From: Halioglobus sp.
Lineage (GTDB): Bacteria; Pseudomonadota; Gammaproteobacteria; Pseudomonadales; Halieaceae
Direction: 5' to 3'
NCBI GenBank assembly: GCA_020443345.1
Contig: JAGRIH010000021.1
Coordinates: forward strand, 45,018-109,017
DNA: 64,000 nt
Position numbers and translations under genes: made by a program. This document shows positions 9,401 through 19,707 of the stretch, one piece after another. Within the stretch, counting starts at the first letter, position 1, and each line of letters begins with the position of its first letter. The notes under the pieces were generated by a model. It saw only the letters and a program-made list of their open reading frames with translations. It was not told the origin of the DNA and did no database searches.

Positions 9401-12114
9401 TGGGCGGCGCGGCCCCGCCCATCGTCCTGGTCGACGGCTCCTCCTACGTCTACCGGGCCTTTCACGCCCTGCCCCCGCTGACCAATTCGCAGGGTCAGGC
9501 CACCGGCGCGATCAAGGGGGTGATCAGCATGTTGCGCCGCCTGTGCCAGGACTATCCCGACAGCCCGGTCGCGGTGGTGTTCGACGCCAAAGGCAAGACG
9601 TTCCGGGACGAGTTGTACGCCCAGTACAAGGCACACCGCCCCCCCATGCCGGACGAGCTGCGCGAGCAGATAGCGCCCATCCACGCCATCGTGAAGGCAA
9701 TGGGTTTGCCGTTTATCTGTGAGCCCGGGGTGGAGGCCGATGACGTGATCGGCACCCTGGCGCACCAGGCCAGCGAACAGGGCCGGCAGGTGGTGATCTC
9801 CACCGGCGACAAGGACATGGCGCAGCTGGTAAATGATCACACCTTGCTGGTCAATACCATGACCGATACGGTGCTCGATGCCGCAGGGGTCGAGCAAAAA
9901 TTCGGCGTCGGCCCCAACCTCATTATCGACTTGCTGGCGCTGGTGGGCGACAAGTCGGACAACATTCCGGGCGTTCCCGGTATCGGCGAAAAGACGGCGC
10001 TGGCGCTGCTGCGCGGGCTCGGTGGGCTCGATGACATCTACGCGGCGCTGGACAAGGTGGCCGGGCTGTCTTTTCGCGGCGCCAAAACCATGGCGCAAAA
10101 ACTGGCGGCGCAGCGCGACAACGCCTACCTCTCCTACGCGCTGGCCACGATCAAGACGGACGTGACGCTGGAGCTGAGCCCGGGGCAATTGCGCAACGGC
10201 GTGCCCGAGCGCGAGGTCTTGCGCGACTGGTATACCCGGCTGGAGTTCAGGTCCTGGCTGGAAGAGCTGCTGGAATACAGCGATGCCGCGCCGGGCGAGA
10301 GCCCGGCGCTGGACTGTGACACGGTGACCGACCAGGCGGGCCTGGACACCTGGCTGCAGCGCCTGCGCAGTGCTGAGCTGTTTGCTTTTGACACGGAGAC
10401 CACCAGCCTGGACTACATGGAGGCGCAGATCGTGGGCGTGTCGTTTGCCGTGGAGCCGGGCAGCGCGGCCTATGTCCCGCTGGCGCACGACTATCCGGGG
10501 GCGCCGCCGCAACTGGAGCGCGAGGCAGTGCTGGAGCAGTTGCGTCCGCTGCTGGAGGACGAGCGGCGCGCCAAGGTGGGCCAGAATCTCAAATACGACG
10601 CCAGTGTGCTGGCCAACCACGGTATCGCGCTGCGCGGCATCCGTTTCGATACGATGCTCGAGTCCTACGTACTGGACGCCACCGCCACCCGGCACGACAT
10701 GGACAGCCTGGCGCTGAAATACCTGGGCCAGAAGACCATCCACTTCGAGGAGATCGCCGGCAAGGGCGCCAGGCAGCTGCGTTTCAATCAGATTGCCCTG
10801 GAGCAGGCCGGTCCCTACGCGGCCGAAGATGCGGATGTCACGCTGCGCCTGCACCATGCATTGTGGCCGCGACTGGAGCGAGAGCAGTCGCTGGCGGCGC
10901 TGTTCAAAGACATCGAGATGCCGCTGGTGGGCGTGCTGTCGCGCATCGAGCGGCGCGGGGCGCTGTTGTCCCGCGAGCTGTTGCGCGCGCACAGCGCACA
11001 GTTGGGCGAGCGACTGCAGGAGCTGCAGAGCCGCGCCTACGAGCTGGCCGGGCAGGAGTTCAACCTGGGGTCCCCCAGGCAGTTGGGGGAGATATTGTTT
11101 GAGCAACAGAAGCTGCCGGTTATCAGAAAAACTCCCAAGGGCGCGCCCTCGACCGCCGAGGAGGTGCTGGCCGAACTCGCGCTGGACTACCCGCTGCCCC
11201 ATCTGCTGCTGGAATACCGCAGTTTGAGCAAACTCAAGTCGACCTATACCGATAAGCTGCCGGAGATGATCAACCCGCGCACCGGTCGCGTGCACACGTC
11301 GTACCATCAGGCGGTGACGGCCACCGGCCGGCTCTCTTCCTCGGACCCGAACCTGCAGAACATCCCGGTGCGCACCGAGGAGGGCAGGCGCATTCGCCAG
11401 GCCTTTATCGCCCCCGTCGGCTACCGTATTCTGGCCGCGGATTATTCACAGATCGAGCTGCGCATCATGGCCCACCTGTCGGGTGACGAAGGCCTGCTGC
11501 GCGCGTTCCGCGAGGGACAGGACGTGCACCGGGCCACGGCCGCCGAGGTCTTCGAGGTCGATCTGGACGCGGTGTCGGGCGAGCAGCGACGCAAGGCCAA
11601 AGCGATCAATTTCGGCCTGATCTACGGCATGTCGGCCTTCGGCCTGGCGCGGCAACTGCATCTGGGCCGCAGCGAGGCGCAGGACTATATCGACCGCTAT
11701 TTCCAGCGCTATCCCGGCGTGCAGCAGTACATGGACAGGACGCGGGCGCTGGCGCGGGAGCAGGGCTATGTCGAGACCCTGTTTGGCCGCCGCCTGTACC
11801 TGCCGGAAATCAATGCCCGCAACAGGATGCGGGTGCAGGCGGCGGAGCGCACCGCCATCAATGCGCCGATGCAGGGCACCGCGGCGGATATCATCAAGCG
11901 GGCCATGGTCGCCGTGGACGGCTGGCTGCAGCAGCAGACGGCGGACGCGTGCATGATCATGCAGGTGCACGATGAACTGGTACTCGAGGTGGCGACGGAG
12001 CAGGTCGCGGCTGTCGGCGAGCGGGTGCGCAGCCTGATGGCCGGCGCCGCGGAACTGGCGGTGCCGCTGTTGGTCGACGTCGGTGTCGGCGCTAACTGGG
12101 ACGAGGCGCATTGA
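9388..12114 (+). CDS. polA: DNA polymerase I
   Basis: 908 aa. 5'-3' exonuclease N-terminus ([14 protein letters not shown]), 3'-5' exonuclease ([11 protein letters not shown]) and polymerase motifs ([27 protein letters not shown]). Start is GTG 9388 or GTG 9400. Confidence 0.98.
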   Translation: MGTLVGGAAPPIVLVDGSSYVYRAFHALPPLTNSQGQATGAIKGVISMLRRLCQDYPDSPVAVVFDAKGKTFRDELYAQYKAHRPPMPDELREQIAPIHAIVKAMGLPFICEPGVEADDVIGTLAHQASEQGRQVVISTGDKDMAQLVNDHTLLVNTMTDTVLDAAGVEQKFGVGPNLIIDLLALVGDKSDNIPGVPGIGEKTALALLRGLGGLDDIYAALDKVAGLSFRGAKTMAQKLAAQRDNAYLSYALATIKTDVTLELSPGQLRNGVPEREVLRDWYTRLEFRSWLEELLEYSDAAPGESPALDCDTVTDQAGLDTWLQRLRSAELFAFDTETTSLDYMEAQIVGVSFAVEPGSAAYVPLAHDYPGAPPQLEREAVLEQLRPLLEDERRAKVGQNLKYDASVLANHGIALRGIRFDTMLESYVLDATATRHDMDSLALKYLGQKTIHFEEIAGKGARQLRFNQIALEQAGPYAAEDADVTLRLHHALWPRLEREQSLAALFKDIEMPLVGVLSRIERRGALLSRELLRAHSAQLGERLQELQSRAYELAGQEFNLGSPRQLGEILFEQQKLPVIRKTPKGAPSTAEEVLAELALDYPLPHLLLEYRSLSKLKSTYTDKLPEMINPRTGRVHTSYHQAVTATGRLSSSDPNLQNIPVRTEEGRRIRQAFIAPVGYRILAADYSQIELRIMAHLSGDEGLLRAFREGQDVHRATAAEVFEVDLDAVSGEQRRKAKAINFGLIYGMSAFGLARQLHLGRSEAQDYIDRYFQRYPGVQQYMDRTRALAREQGYVETLFGRRLYLPEINARNRMRVQAAERTAINAPMQGTAADIIKRAMVAVDGWLQQQTADACMIMQVHDELVLEVATEQVAAVGERVRSLMAGAAELAVPLLVDVGVGANWDEAH

Positions 12115-12160
12115 GCGGCCGACCGCTAGGGGGGTTGCTGGGCAGAGCGTTGCTACAGTG

Positions 12161-12352
12161 GATCGGTCGGCGTCCAGTGGGGTAGCAGTGCACGGCCACA
12201 GGCTTGCCAACCGGTTCAGGCGGCTGCGGAACTCGACCAATTTTGCTGCGCAAAATTCGGGACTCGAACAGTCCTCGCCGAAAGCCCCTGAACCGGTTGG
12301 CAAGCCTGAACGTGGCCTATAGCACTGCTACCCCACTGGACGCCGACCGATC
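12161..12352. repeat. 192-bp nested palindromic element
   Basis: Outer arms 12161-12191 and 12322-12352 are perfect 31-nt reverse complements. Inner arms 12201-12220 and 12287-12306 are perfect 20-nt reverse complements. An extra GGCCAC/GTGGCC pair lies between them. Confidence 0.9.
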
Positions 12353-12387
12353 CGGGCCGGGCTCGACAAAAAAATTGTCGAGATTTT

Positions 12388-12414
12388 GAACTTTCCCACT
12401 GACCCCCAGTCTCA
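12388..12414 (+). promoter_or_regulatory. RpoE/AlgU (sigma-E family)-type promoter
   Basis: GAACTT (12388-12393), a 16-nt spacer, then TCTCA (12410-12414). This matches the consensus GAACTT-N16/17-TCnnA. Confidence 0.5.
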
Positions 12415-12419
12415 TTATA

Positions 12420-12538
12420 CGTAGCGAGCGCTACATCCCTGGGTGGCCTTTCTCCATGGGCCACCAGAGCAGTCTCTAATCCCCAGAGACTCTAGCTGGC
12501 CCGGTTGCTTTTCCCCTAGAGGCAACCGGGCTTTTTTA
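12420..12538 (+). ncRNA. candidate sRNA at the Spot 42 / ErsA syntenic position
   Basis: Lies in the polA-engB gap in the polA orientation. Four hairpins: 12421-12434, 12442-12465, 12471-12491 and a terminator stem 12499-12531 followed by TTTTTT. Starts about 7 nt after the sigma-E-type -10. Confidence 0.55.
12499..12537 (+). terminator. Rho-independent terminator
   Basis: GCCCGGTTGC...GCAACCGGGC 10-bp GC-rich stem followed by T6. The U-tract is present only on the + strand. Confidence 0.8.
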
Positions 12539-12541
12539 TTC

Positions 12542-13201
12542 TCAACCCTGTACGGCTTTATCGACACAGACGCTGGCGTCCGTCAACCACGCGTTGAGCA
12601 CCCCGGTCAATTCCCTCTGGCCGCTGTGTTTGAGCGCGGAAAACAGTTGTACGCTCACCAGTTCCCCATGGGTTTCGAGCGCGGAGGCCACCTGCAGCAA
12701 CGCGGCGGCGGCCTGGCCTCTGCTGAGTTTATCCGCCTTGGTCAGCAGAAGATGCACCGGCATGGTCGCATGCAGCGCCCAGTTCAGCATCTGCTGATCG
12801 AAGGGCTGCAGCGGGTGGCGCGCATCCATGACCAGGACCAGCCCGCGCAGGCTCTCGCGCCTTCGCAGGTAATTTTCCAGTTGCCTGGTCCATTCCCGTT
12901 TGACCGCCAGGGGTACTTGGGCAAAACCGTAGCCCGGCAGGTCCACCAGCCGCTGGTTGGCGCCGAGGCTGAAAAAGTTCAAAAGTTGTGTCCGGCCGGG
13001 CGTTTTGGATGTCTTTGCAAGCTTCTTGTTCCCTGTTAAGCTGTTGATTGCACTCGATTTTCCGGCATTTGAGCGGCCGGCGAAGGCCACTTCCCAACCG
13101 CTGTCCTGCGGGCACTGCGAGAGTTTACTGGCGCTGACCAGAAATCGTGCACAGCGGTAATTGGGAACTTTGGGATCAGAGCCTTGATCAAAGTCAGTCA
13201 T
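12542..13201 (-). CDS. engB: ribosome biogenesis GTP-binding protein YihA/EngB
   Basis: [12 protein letters not shown] (G1), DLPGYG (G3), TKADK (G4). ORF 12542..13288 trimmed to ATG 13201 (MTDFDQ...). Confidence 0.95.
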   Translation of the reverse strand: MTDFDQGSDPKVPNYRCARFLVSASKLSQCPQDSGWEVAFAGRSNAGKSSAINSLTGNKKLAKTSKTPGRTQLLNFFSLGANQRLVDLPGYGFAQVPLAVKREWTRQLENYLRRRESLRGLVLVMDARHPLQPFDQQMLNWALHATMPVHLLLTKADKLSRGQAAAALLQVASALETHGELVSVQLFSALKHSGQRELTGVLNAWLTDASVCVDKAVQG

Positions 13202-13318
13202 TGCGGGCTTGTGCCTTTTAATGGCGGAAGTATCTCGTATATAATGCCACAGCTTTTTTTCGACTGTTATCAACTGCTTGCGCAGCAAGCCGGACTAACC
13301 TGAACTGAGAGGTTTCAA

Positions 13319-13606
13319 ATGAAGAAGATCGTTGCTGCTATGCTGATGTGCGCCGCTGCCGGCGCCATGGCCCAACCGGAACAGTACGCTTCGAGCTGTG
13401 GCGTGTGCCACACGTCCGGGGCGGCCAATGCGCCGAAGACGCATGATGTGGATGCCTGGGCACCGCGCATGGAAAAGGGCATGCCAGCACTGCTGGAATC
13501 CGTACACAACGGCCTCAACGCTATGCCGCCCAAGGGCATGTGCTTCACCTGTACCGACGAGCAGTACACCGCGCTGATCGAGTATATGGCCAAGCCCGCG
13601 GAGTAA
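13319..13606 (+). CDS. cytochrome c5-family monoheme cytochrome
   Basis: Signal peptide, CGVCH heme motif, distal MPPKG and a C-terminal Cys pair CFTC. Confidence 0.85.
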   Translation: MKKIVAAMLMCAAAGAMAQPEQYASSCGVCHTSGAANAPKTHDVDAWAPRMEKGMPALLESVHNGLNAMPPKGMCFTCTDEQYTALIEYMAKPAE

Positions 13607-13640
13607 GCGGGGTTTTTGCCAACGACTATCTGGAACTGAC

Positions 13641-14276
13641 ATGAAAAAAGTCGCACTCCTGCTCAGCCTGACCCTGGGCTGGGCCTCCACTGCCGTTGCC
13701 GCCGGTGCCGGTCCAAGCGGTGATGCCGACGCCGGCAAGAACAAAGTGACAACCTGTGGGGCCTGCCACGGCGCCGATGGCAACAGCGCGGTGCCCACGT
13801 TCCCGAAGCTGGCGGGCCTGGGTGAGAAATACCTGTTCAAACAGTTGCAGGATATCCGCGATGGGGCCCGCCCGGTGCCCACCATGGTGGGGCAACTCGA
13901 CGGCAAGTCGGACCAGGACCTGGCGGACATGGCCGCCTACTACAGCGCGCAGGCGCGCTCGGGTGGCAAGACGGACCCGGAGCTGCGGGCCCTGGGGGAG
14001 AAGGTCTATCGCAGCGGCGTGGCGCAGCGCAACGTCGCGGCCTGTACCGCCTGTCATTCGCCGACGGGCAAGGGCAATGCGCCGGCCGGCTTTCCGGCCC
14101 TGGCCGGACAGCACGCGGACTACATCGCCGCCCAGTTGAAAGCCTATCGGACCGGTTACGAGGACGCTTCCGGCCGCACCAATGATGGCGATACGAAAAT
14201 CATGCGCACCACGGCCTTCGGCCTGAGCGACAGGGAAATCGCGGCCGTAGCCAGCTATATCGCCGGCTTGCAGTAG
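13641..14276 (+). CDS. cytochrome c4 (diheme)
   Basis: Signal peptide, two heme motifs (CGACH and CTACH), FPKLAGL/FPALAGQ repeats. Confidence 0.9.
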   Translation: MKKVALLLSLTLGWASTAVAAGAGPSGDADAGKNKVTTCGACHGADGNSAVPTFPKLAGLGEKYLFKQLQDIRDGARPVPTMVGQLDGKSDQDLADMAAYYSAQARSGGKTDPELRALGEKVYRSGVAQRNVAACTACHSPTGKGNAPAGFPALAGQHADYIAAQLKAYRTGYEDASGRTNDGDTKIMRTTAFGLSDREIAAVASYIAGLQ

Positions 14277-14294
14277 GCATTTCAGGCAGTGAAT

Positions 14295-14319
14295 CAAGGT
14301 GGCCCTGCGCCACCTTTTT
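14295..14319 (+). terminator. Rho-independent terminator after cytochrome c4
   Basis: AAGGTGG - 7-nt loop - CCACCTT followed by a T-run. Confidence 0.6.
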
Positions 14320-14503
14320 TACCTTCAGGGCGGAGCGGGCTGCGCCGTGGGCGGTAGATCCGCTAGGGTGGGGCAGTCCTGTTCGCGAAACGTGGAGAAC
14401 CGGTCTTTCCCGGTCGGATATTCCCCCCAGCGACGACCCCGTGTCGGAGAACATCGGCCGCCTTGCGTTGTCTCAACCGGCTGACGAGTTATTGGAGAAA
14501 GTC

Positions 14504-15148
14504 ATGTTCAAGCGTCTCTTGGTACCCCTCGCTCTGGTGCTGCTGGCCCCGCTGTCGGTAGTGGCTGGAGATACTGCGAAAATCTATGTCGAGGGCGCTG
14601 ATTACGATCTGATCAGCCCGGCTATCCGCACTGCCGACCCTGACAAGATAGAGGTCGTGGAATTTTTCTGGTACGGCTGTGGTCACTGCTATACCTTTGA
14701 GCCCATGATCACCCAGTGGAAGAAGACCCTGCCTGAGGATGTCGATTTTCACGGCTCACCGGCCATGTGGAACGCACCGATGGAGTTGCACGCGCGCGCC
14801 TACTACACAGCGCAGGTGCTGGGGGTGCTGGACACCATGCACACGGCACTGTTTCGGGCCATGAATGTCGAGCGCAAGCGGCTGGCCTCGGAGGACGAAA
14901 TCGCCGCCGTGTTTATCGCCAACGGCGTGTCCGCCGAGGACTTCGACAAGGCCTTCAACTCCTTTGGCGTCGATGCCCAGGTGCGCCAGGCCAGCGCCCG
15001 CATGCGCTCGGCCAAGGTCACCGGCACGCCGGCGCTGATGGTCAATGGCAAGTACCACATCAGCACACGCAAATCCGGATCGCAGGCGGCCATGATCGAC
15101 ACGGCCAACTACCTGATCGAGAAGGAGCGGTCGGGACAGGCGCGCTGA
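14504..15148 (+). CDS. dsbA: thiol:disulfide interchange protein DsbA
   Basis: FFWYGCGHCYTFEP active site and a signal peptide. Start moved to ATG 14504 (GGAGA upstream). Confidence 0.92.
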   Translation: MFKRLLVPLALVLLAPLSVVAGDTAKIYVEGADYDLISPAIRTADPDKIEVVEFFWYGCGHCYTFEPMITQWKKTLPEDVDFHGSPAMWNAPMELHARAYYTAQVLGVLDTMHTALFRAMNVERKRLASEDEIAAVFIANGVSAEDFDKAFNSFGVDAQVRQASARMRSAKVTGTPALMVNGKYHISTRKSGSQAAMIDTANYLIEKERSGQAR

Positions 15149-15197
15149 GTCATGCGTGCGGCCCCACTTGGAAGCACGCGCCGGCGCCGGTGGACGC

Positions 15198-16214
15198 TCA
15201 ACGGACGGGAACGGCTCGCCGCTTTCTGACCTCCTGGGGGCTGTAGCCAGTCCAGCGCCGATAGGCGCGGGAAAAGGCACTGAGGTCGCTGTAGCCGAGC
15301 ACTAGCGCGATATCCGTCAGGCTGTAGTCGCTGCGCAGCATGTATTCATCCGCGATGCCGCGGCGCACATCGCAAACCATGTCGCTGAATACGAGACCTT
15401 CGGCGGCGAGTCGTCGTTGCAGGGTGCGGCGGCTCATTCCCAGCATGCTGCCGACACACGCGATATCGGTGGCGCCGTCGCGCAGGGCGGCTGCCACCAG
15501 GTGATACACACGGCCCGCCAGCGGCTCCTCCTCATCGCGCAGCCGGAGGCGCGCGTCCAGATAAAAGGTCAGCGCTTCGCACAGGCCGGGGTCGGCGCTC
15601 GTACAGGGGAAATCCAGAACCTGCTTGCGGTAGTGCAGCCGGTTGTAGCTGGCCCCAAAACGCAGTTTACAGCGAAAATGCGCCTCCAGTTCACCGGCAT
15701 AGGCCGGTCGGCTGTGCTCCAGTTCCACCAGCACTGGGTCGATGCCGTGTCCGCTCAGGTTGCGTACGGTGCTGGCCAGAAAGCAAGTCGACAGATCCAT
15801 ATCCTGCCGATGCAGATCCACAAAGCCGTCATTGAGCTGATAAAAGATGATGGCGCGCTCCTGACCGACGTCCAGCCGGACCTTGTTGTTATGGGCAAAA
15901 ACATACAGGTATTTGGCGAGCAGGCTCAGCGCCCGGTCCAGATTGGCGCTGGCCGCCATGGCATGCCCCAGTGCGCCGAGATCACCGGGCCGCATCGCCA
16001 TCCCAATACGCATGCCGATATTGGGAATGTCAGCGCTGGCGCTTTCCAGCAGGCGATAGTATTTCTCCAGCGGGTATTCTATATCGTGCCGCTCAAAGAT
16101 GGCGCGGGGGATGCCCAGCCGGTCCGCGTGCGGACCGAGTTCGGCTTTCCAGAGCGACAGCATCCGTTCCGAGTAGATGGTGGACATACAGTTCCTCGGT
16201 GCCCGACCGTGCAA
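15198..16214 (-). CDS. AraC-family transcriptional regulator
   Basis: C-terminal double HTH (...MLGMSRRTLQRRL...LGYSDLSAFSRAYRRWTGYSPQEVR). Confidence 0.88.
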   Translation of the reverse strand: MHGRAPRNCMSTIYSERMLSLWKAELGPHADRLGIPRAIFERHDIEYPLEKYYRLLESASADIPNIGMRIGMAMRPGDLGALGHAMAASANLDRALSLLAKYLYVFAHNNKVRLDVGQERAIIFYQLNDGFVDLHRQDMDLSTCFLASTVRNLSGHGIDPVLVELEHSRPAYAGELEAHFRCKLRFGASYNRLHYRKQVLDFPCTSADPGLCEALTFYLDARLRLRDEEEPLAGRVYHLVAAALRDGATDIACVGSMLGMSRRTLQRRLAAEGLVFSDMVCDVRRGIADEYMLRSDYSLTDIALVLGYSDLSAFSRAYRRWTGYSPQEVRKRRAVPVR

Positions 16215-16390
16215 CGCTACAACGCTGGACTATACGCCATGCGCGTTCGACCCATCAAAACCGATAGGTCACCTCGGCGCCATAGGTGCGCGGAGCGCCG
16301 ATATGGCTGTAGTCGAACCCAAAGGAAGTCTGCAGGTCGAGTATCCAATTGCGCTGTTCCTATCCAGTCGAATTGCACCCCTGGAGCGCC

Positions 16391-17836
16391 CTAAGCGAGT
16401 TTATCCTTGACCCGCTGGGCCGCCTTGATGCCTCCGCCGATGGCGCCGTCGATAAAGCCGCGCCAGCCCTCGCCGTGGTCGGACGAGCCGAAAAAGATGC
16501 GCCCCTGGTCTTTCTGGAAATCCGCGTAGTATTTGGCGAGCCAGCCGGGCCGGTAGCTGCAGTAGGTGCCGCGGGCGTAGGGGTCGTTGTTCCAGTCGTA
16601 GCTGGTGGCGGCGAGCAGCCGCGCGCCGGGCACCAGTTGCCGCAGCGCGTTTTCAACTGCGCGGTTGTCGGCTGTATCCAGCGCGGCCGGGTCCTGGCCG
16701 AAGCCTACCAGTATGGTGTGATCGCCGGCCTGTTTGTAAGTCATCACGAAGTCCAGCGGCGCGGACGTTGCCACGCTGAGTAGGTTGCCGACATCCCCCT
16801 GCACTTTCATGTAGAGCTTGAATCCAACCCCGGTATGGCGCTGCCTGCCGGCTTCGACCACCCCGGCCGGCAGGGGTGGATCGAAGTCAATGTTGAAAAT
16901 GGTGTTCATCGGCAGGCAGGCGATCACGGCCGCCGCGACAAGGGTTTCACCCTGCGCCGTCGTTACCGCTACCCTGTCGCCGCGTTCATGCACCGACTTG
17001 ACAGGTGTATTGAGGCGCACCTCCGCGCCGCCGTCCTGCACCATCTTCTCCACCAGTTTGATGGTGCCGTCCTTGAGGCTGAAGCGGCCCACCGCGTCCA
17101 TGAACGTGGGGAAGTAGCCGCCGCCGCACTGGTGCCAGCGCAGCATTTCAATGTAGGACATGGCGTCTGGCGAATTGTGGGCCATGGTGGCCACGATGGC
17201 GCTGATAAACTGCTTTTGGAACGGGGTGAGATCGGCCTGCGCCAGCTTGTCGCGCACGCTGACGCTATCTGCCTGCAATGCGGCGTCGCGGTTGTACAGG
17301 ATATCCCAGTTGCGCGGCATGATCTCGCGGCCCGCATCGGTAAAGCTCTGCCAACCGGCGATGGCCTCGTGTATCTGTGCCAGGCTGAGTTCCAGGCGCT
17401 TGCCGTCGATGGTCAGCGCCATGCGGTCGGGCACGGCGCCCGGCGTTTCGACGATCTCCAGGTTGTAACGCTCTTTTTCAGCCCATACGAAGGGCTGGGT
17501 GTGGTGGATCCAGAAGCCCCCGAGTTCCACGTGGGTACCCTCGAAATCGGCGGTGAAAGTACGGCCGCCCAGGCGGTTGCGCGCCTCCAGCAGCAGGGTC
17601 CGATAGCCGTTTTCCATGCAGTCGCGCGAGGCGGCCGCGCCGGCGTTGCCGCCGCCGATTACGATTACATCGTAGTCGCAGCCCGGCACCTTGCAGGCGC
17701 CAGTGGACTCCCGCGCGGCAGCCAGGGCGCCGCCGCCGGCCAGTACCCCTGCAGTGCCGGCGGCGAGGGCCCCGGCTCCCCCGAGGAAGCGGCGGCGATT
17801 GAGGTCGATGGTCCCCTGATTTGCTTTGTCTTGCAT
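16391..17836 (-). CDS. Tat-exported flavin-containing amine oxidase
   Basis: Twin-arginine leader NRRRFLGGAGALAAG, FAD-binding DVIVIGGGNAGAAAS...LLLEARNRLGGR and an amine-oxidase C-terminal region. Start trimmed to ATG 17836. Confidence 0.8.
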   Translation of the reverse strand: MQDKANQGTIDLNRRRFLGGAGALAAGTAGVLAGGGALAAARESTGACKVPGCDYDVIVIGGGNAGAAASRDCMENGYRTLLLEARNRLGGRTFTADFEGTHVELGGFWIHHTQPFVWAEKERYNLEIVETPGAVPDRMALTIDGKRLELSLAQIHEAIAGWQSFTDAGREIMPRNWDILYNRDAALQADSVSVRDKLAQADLTPFQKQFISAIVATMAHNSPDAMSYIEMLRWHQCGGGYFPTFMDAVGRFSLKDGTIKLVEKMVQDGGAEVRLNTPVKSVHERGDRVAVTTAQGETLVAAAVIACLPMNTIFNIDFDPPLPAGVVEAGRQRHTGVGFKLYMKVQGDVGNLLSVATSAPLDFVMTYKQAGDHTILVGFGQDPAALDTADNRAVENALRQLVPGARLLAATSYDWNNDPYARGTYCSYRPGWLAKYYADFQKDQGRIFFGSSDHGEGWRGFIDGAIGGGIKAAQRVKDKLA

Positions 17837-18072
17837 GGCGTGTCCTCGCGTTTCGGGATGACGGCCGGGCGCGGCCTGATCTTTGCAGCCACGCTCAGGC
17901 TGCAACAGCCGGAAAGACTAAGCGATGCATCAGGGCCCTGCTTGACATCCTGCGCCAAATCGTTTGACGGTGCGCGCCAGCTCTGCAAGGGCTGTCAGGG
18001 GTCGACAGCGCTGCGCCGGGGGTAGCTCGCTGTTATGTCAGTGGTCGGCGACAGCGTGGTGGTGGTTTGGAT

Positions 18073-19503
18073 TCAGCGGCCGGGGCGATAGGGGTCGGGT
18101 GTGCCGGGCGGGATGGGCGGCTCGACCGCGAGACTCTGCCGGTGCTCAATTACGCGCTTGCTGATGGGCGGCAGCACCCAGAAGTTGGCGCCGCCCCATT
18201 CGCCGCCCTTGTCGATCAGATCGTAGTGCTCTTTGGGGTCGCTCAACAGGTTGTACAGGCGCGGCATCCCCGGGCGTTCGATGGTGTCGCGCATGGAGTC
18301 CTGTGTCCTGAAGTGCAGCTTCCAGTGGCGCCATTTGTAGGCCTGTAGCGTATCGCCGTTGTATACCGGGAAGCCCTCCCGGGCTGAAGTTCCGGCTTGT
18401 CCAGTCAGCAGCGGCAGTTGATCCCGGCCGTCGATCAGGCGATCCCGCGGAATCTCGGCTCCACCGATGCGGGCCAGCGTCGGGTACAGGTCGGTGATGT
18501 GGACGATCTCGTTGTTGCTGGCTCCCGCGGGCACATGCCCCGGCCAGCGTATCAGCAGCGGCGCGCGCAGCGAGCCTTCCAGGGCGGTAAAGTAGGTGCC
18601 ACGCCAGGGGCCGGCTGTCCCGTTGTACGGGAAGATCTCTTCCGGGCCGTTTTCGCTCATCCAGATCACCACGGTGGTGTCCGCGATGGCGAGAGCATCA
18701 ATGGCATCCAGCACCTGGCCGGTGCGGAAGTCAATTTCCGCCAGAACGTCCGCAAAATCGCCGTTGCCGGTGCTGCCCGCGAAGTCCGGGTGCGGCAGCG
18801 TCGGCAGGTGGGGTTGGGTCAGCGGTACATAGACAAAGAAGGGTTTCCCGGCGCGGCTGCTACGGCGCATGAAATCGATGGTACGCGACACCAGTTCCGC
18901 GTCGATGCCGCGGCGCGCCTCGAGGTTGTAGACCCTGACCTGTTCCGGTATTCCGCCCCGGGTGCTGCGCAGTATATAGGGGCGGGGCACAGCGTCGGCG
19001 TCGAACTGAAAGCCATCGGTGTACAGCGATTCATCCGTCGTATTGGGTATGCCGTACCACTGGTCGAAACCCTGGTCCGTGGGAAATCGTCCGGGGGAAT
19101 CGCCCAGGTGCCACTTGCCGAACATGGCGGTGGCATAGCCCTGTGCGGACAGCAGTTCCGCAATGGTGATCTCCCACTGGGTCAGGCCATAGCGCTGTCC
19201 CCAGACCACTCTGGTGGTGCCAGAGCGCACCGGGTGGCGGCCGGTCATCAGCGCCGAGCGGCTGGGGGTGCACTGGGTCTCGACATTGAAATTCAGCAGG
19301 CGCGCGCCCTGACTTGCCAACTGGTCCAGCCGCGGCGTGGCCGCGCCGCGCAGAATGCCGCCACCGTAGACGCCGATTTCACCCCAACCCAGGTTGTCCA
19401 TCACCATCAGGACGATATTGGGGCGGTTGCCCGCCGCCTGTGCAAGTGTGGGCAAAAACAGCAGCCAGAGCAGCAGCGCGCGCGGTGTGGATTTTCTCGT
19501 CAT
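18073..19503 (-). CDS. sulfatase (arylsulfatase family, Cys-type)
   Basis: Signal peptide, PNIVLMVMDNLGWG and the formylglycine signature CTPSRSALMTGR. Confidence 0.9.
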   Translation of the reverse strand: MTRKSTPRALLLWLLFLPTLAQAAGNRPNIVLMVMDNLGWGEIGVYGGGILRGAATPRLDQLASQGARLLNFNVETQCTPSRSALMTGRHPVRSGTTRVVWGQRYGLTQWEITIAELLSAQGYATAMFGKWHLGDSPGRFPTDQGFDQWYGIPNTTDESLYTDGFQFDADAVPRPYILRSTRGGIPEQVRVYNLEARRGIDAELVSRTIDFMRRSSRAGKPFFVYVPLTQPHLPTLPHPDFAGSTGNGDFADVLAEIDFRTGQVLDAIDALAIADTTVVIWMSENGPEEIFPYNGTAGPWRGTYFTALEGSLRAPLLIRWPGHVPAGASNNEIVHITDLYPTLARIGGAEIPRDRLIDGRDQLPLLTGQAGTSAREGFPVYNGDTLQAYKWRHWKLHFRTQDSMRDTIERPGMPRLYNLLSDPKEHYDLIDKGGEWGGANFWVLPPISKRVIEHRQSLAVEPPIPPGTPDPYRPGR

Positions 19504-19707
19504 GCCCTGTCTCTCCCGCTAGCACCGGCCGGAAAAGTCACGCGATCATTCCCGACACAGCTTAACATCCTGTACCAAATCGCCTGGTGTTGCACAGCAG
19601 ACCCGCGTGAATCACCGACCCCGGGGGATGCCGCGTCCTGCTGCAGCGGCGCCCCGGCAGATTTTCGGGTACAGCGTCCAGGTGTCGCTGTCCCGGGGTG
19701 ATAGCGA

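Noticed and set aside
9397-11307. 636-aa ORF on the minus strand
   Set aside because: It lies entirely antisense to polA and has R/Q/G/H/L-rich, low-complexity composition, typical of shadow frames in high-GC DNA. The polA frame carries all the conserved motifs.
12221-12286. tRNA-like TTCGAGTCC string on the minus strand, inside the palindrome centre
   Set aside because: There are no acceptor, D or anticodon arms around it. It is just a 4-bp hairpin within the palindromic element.
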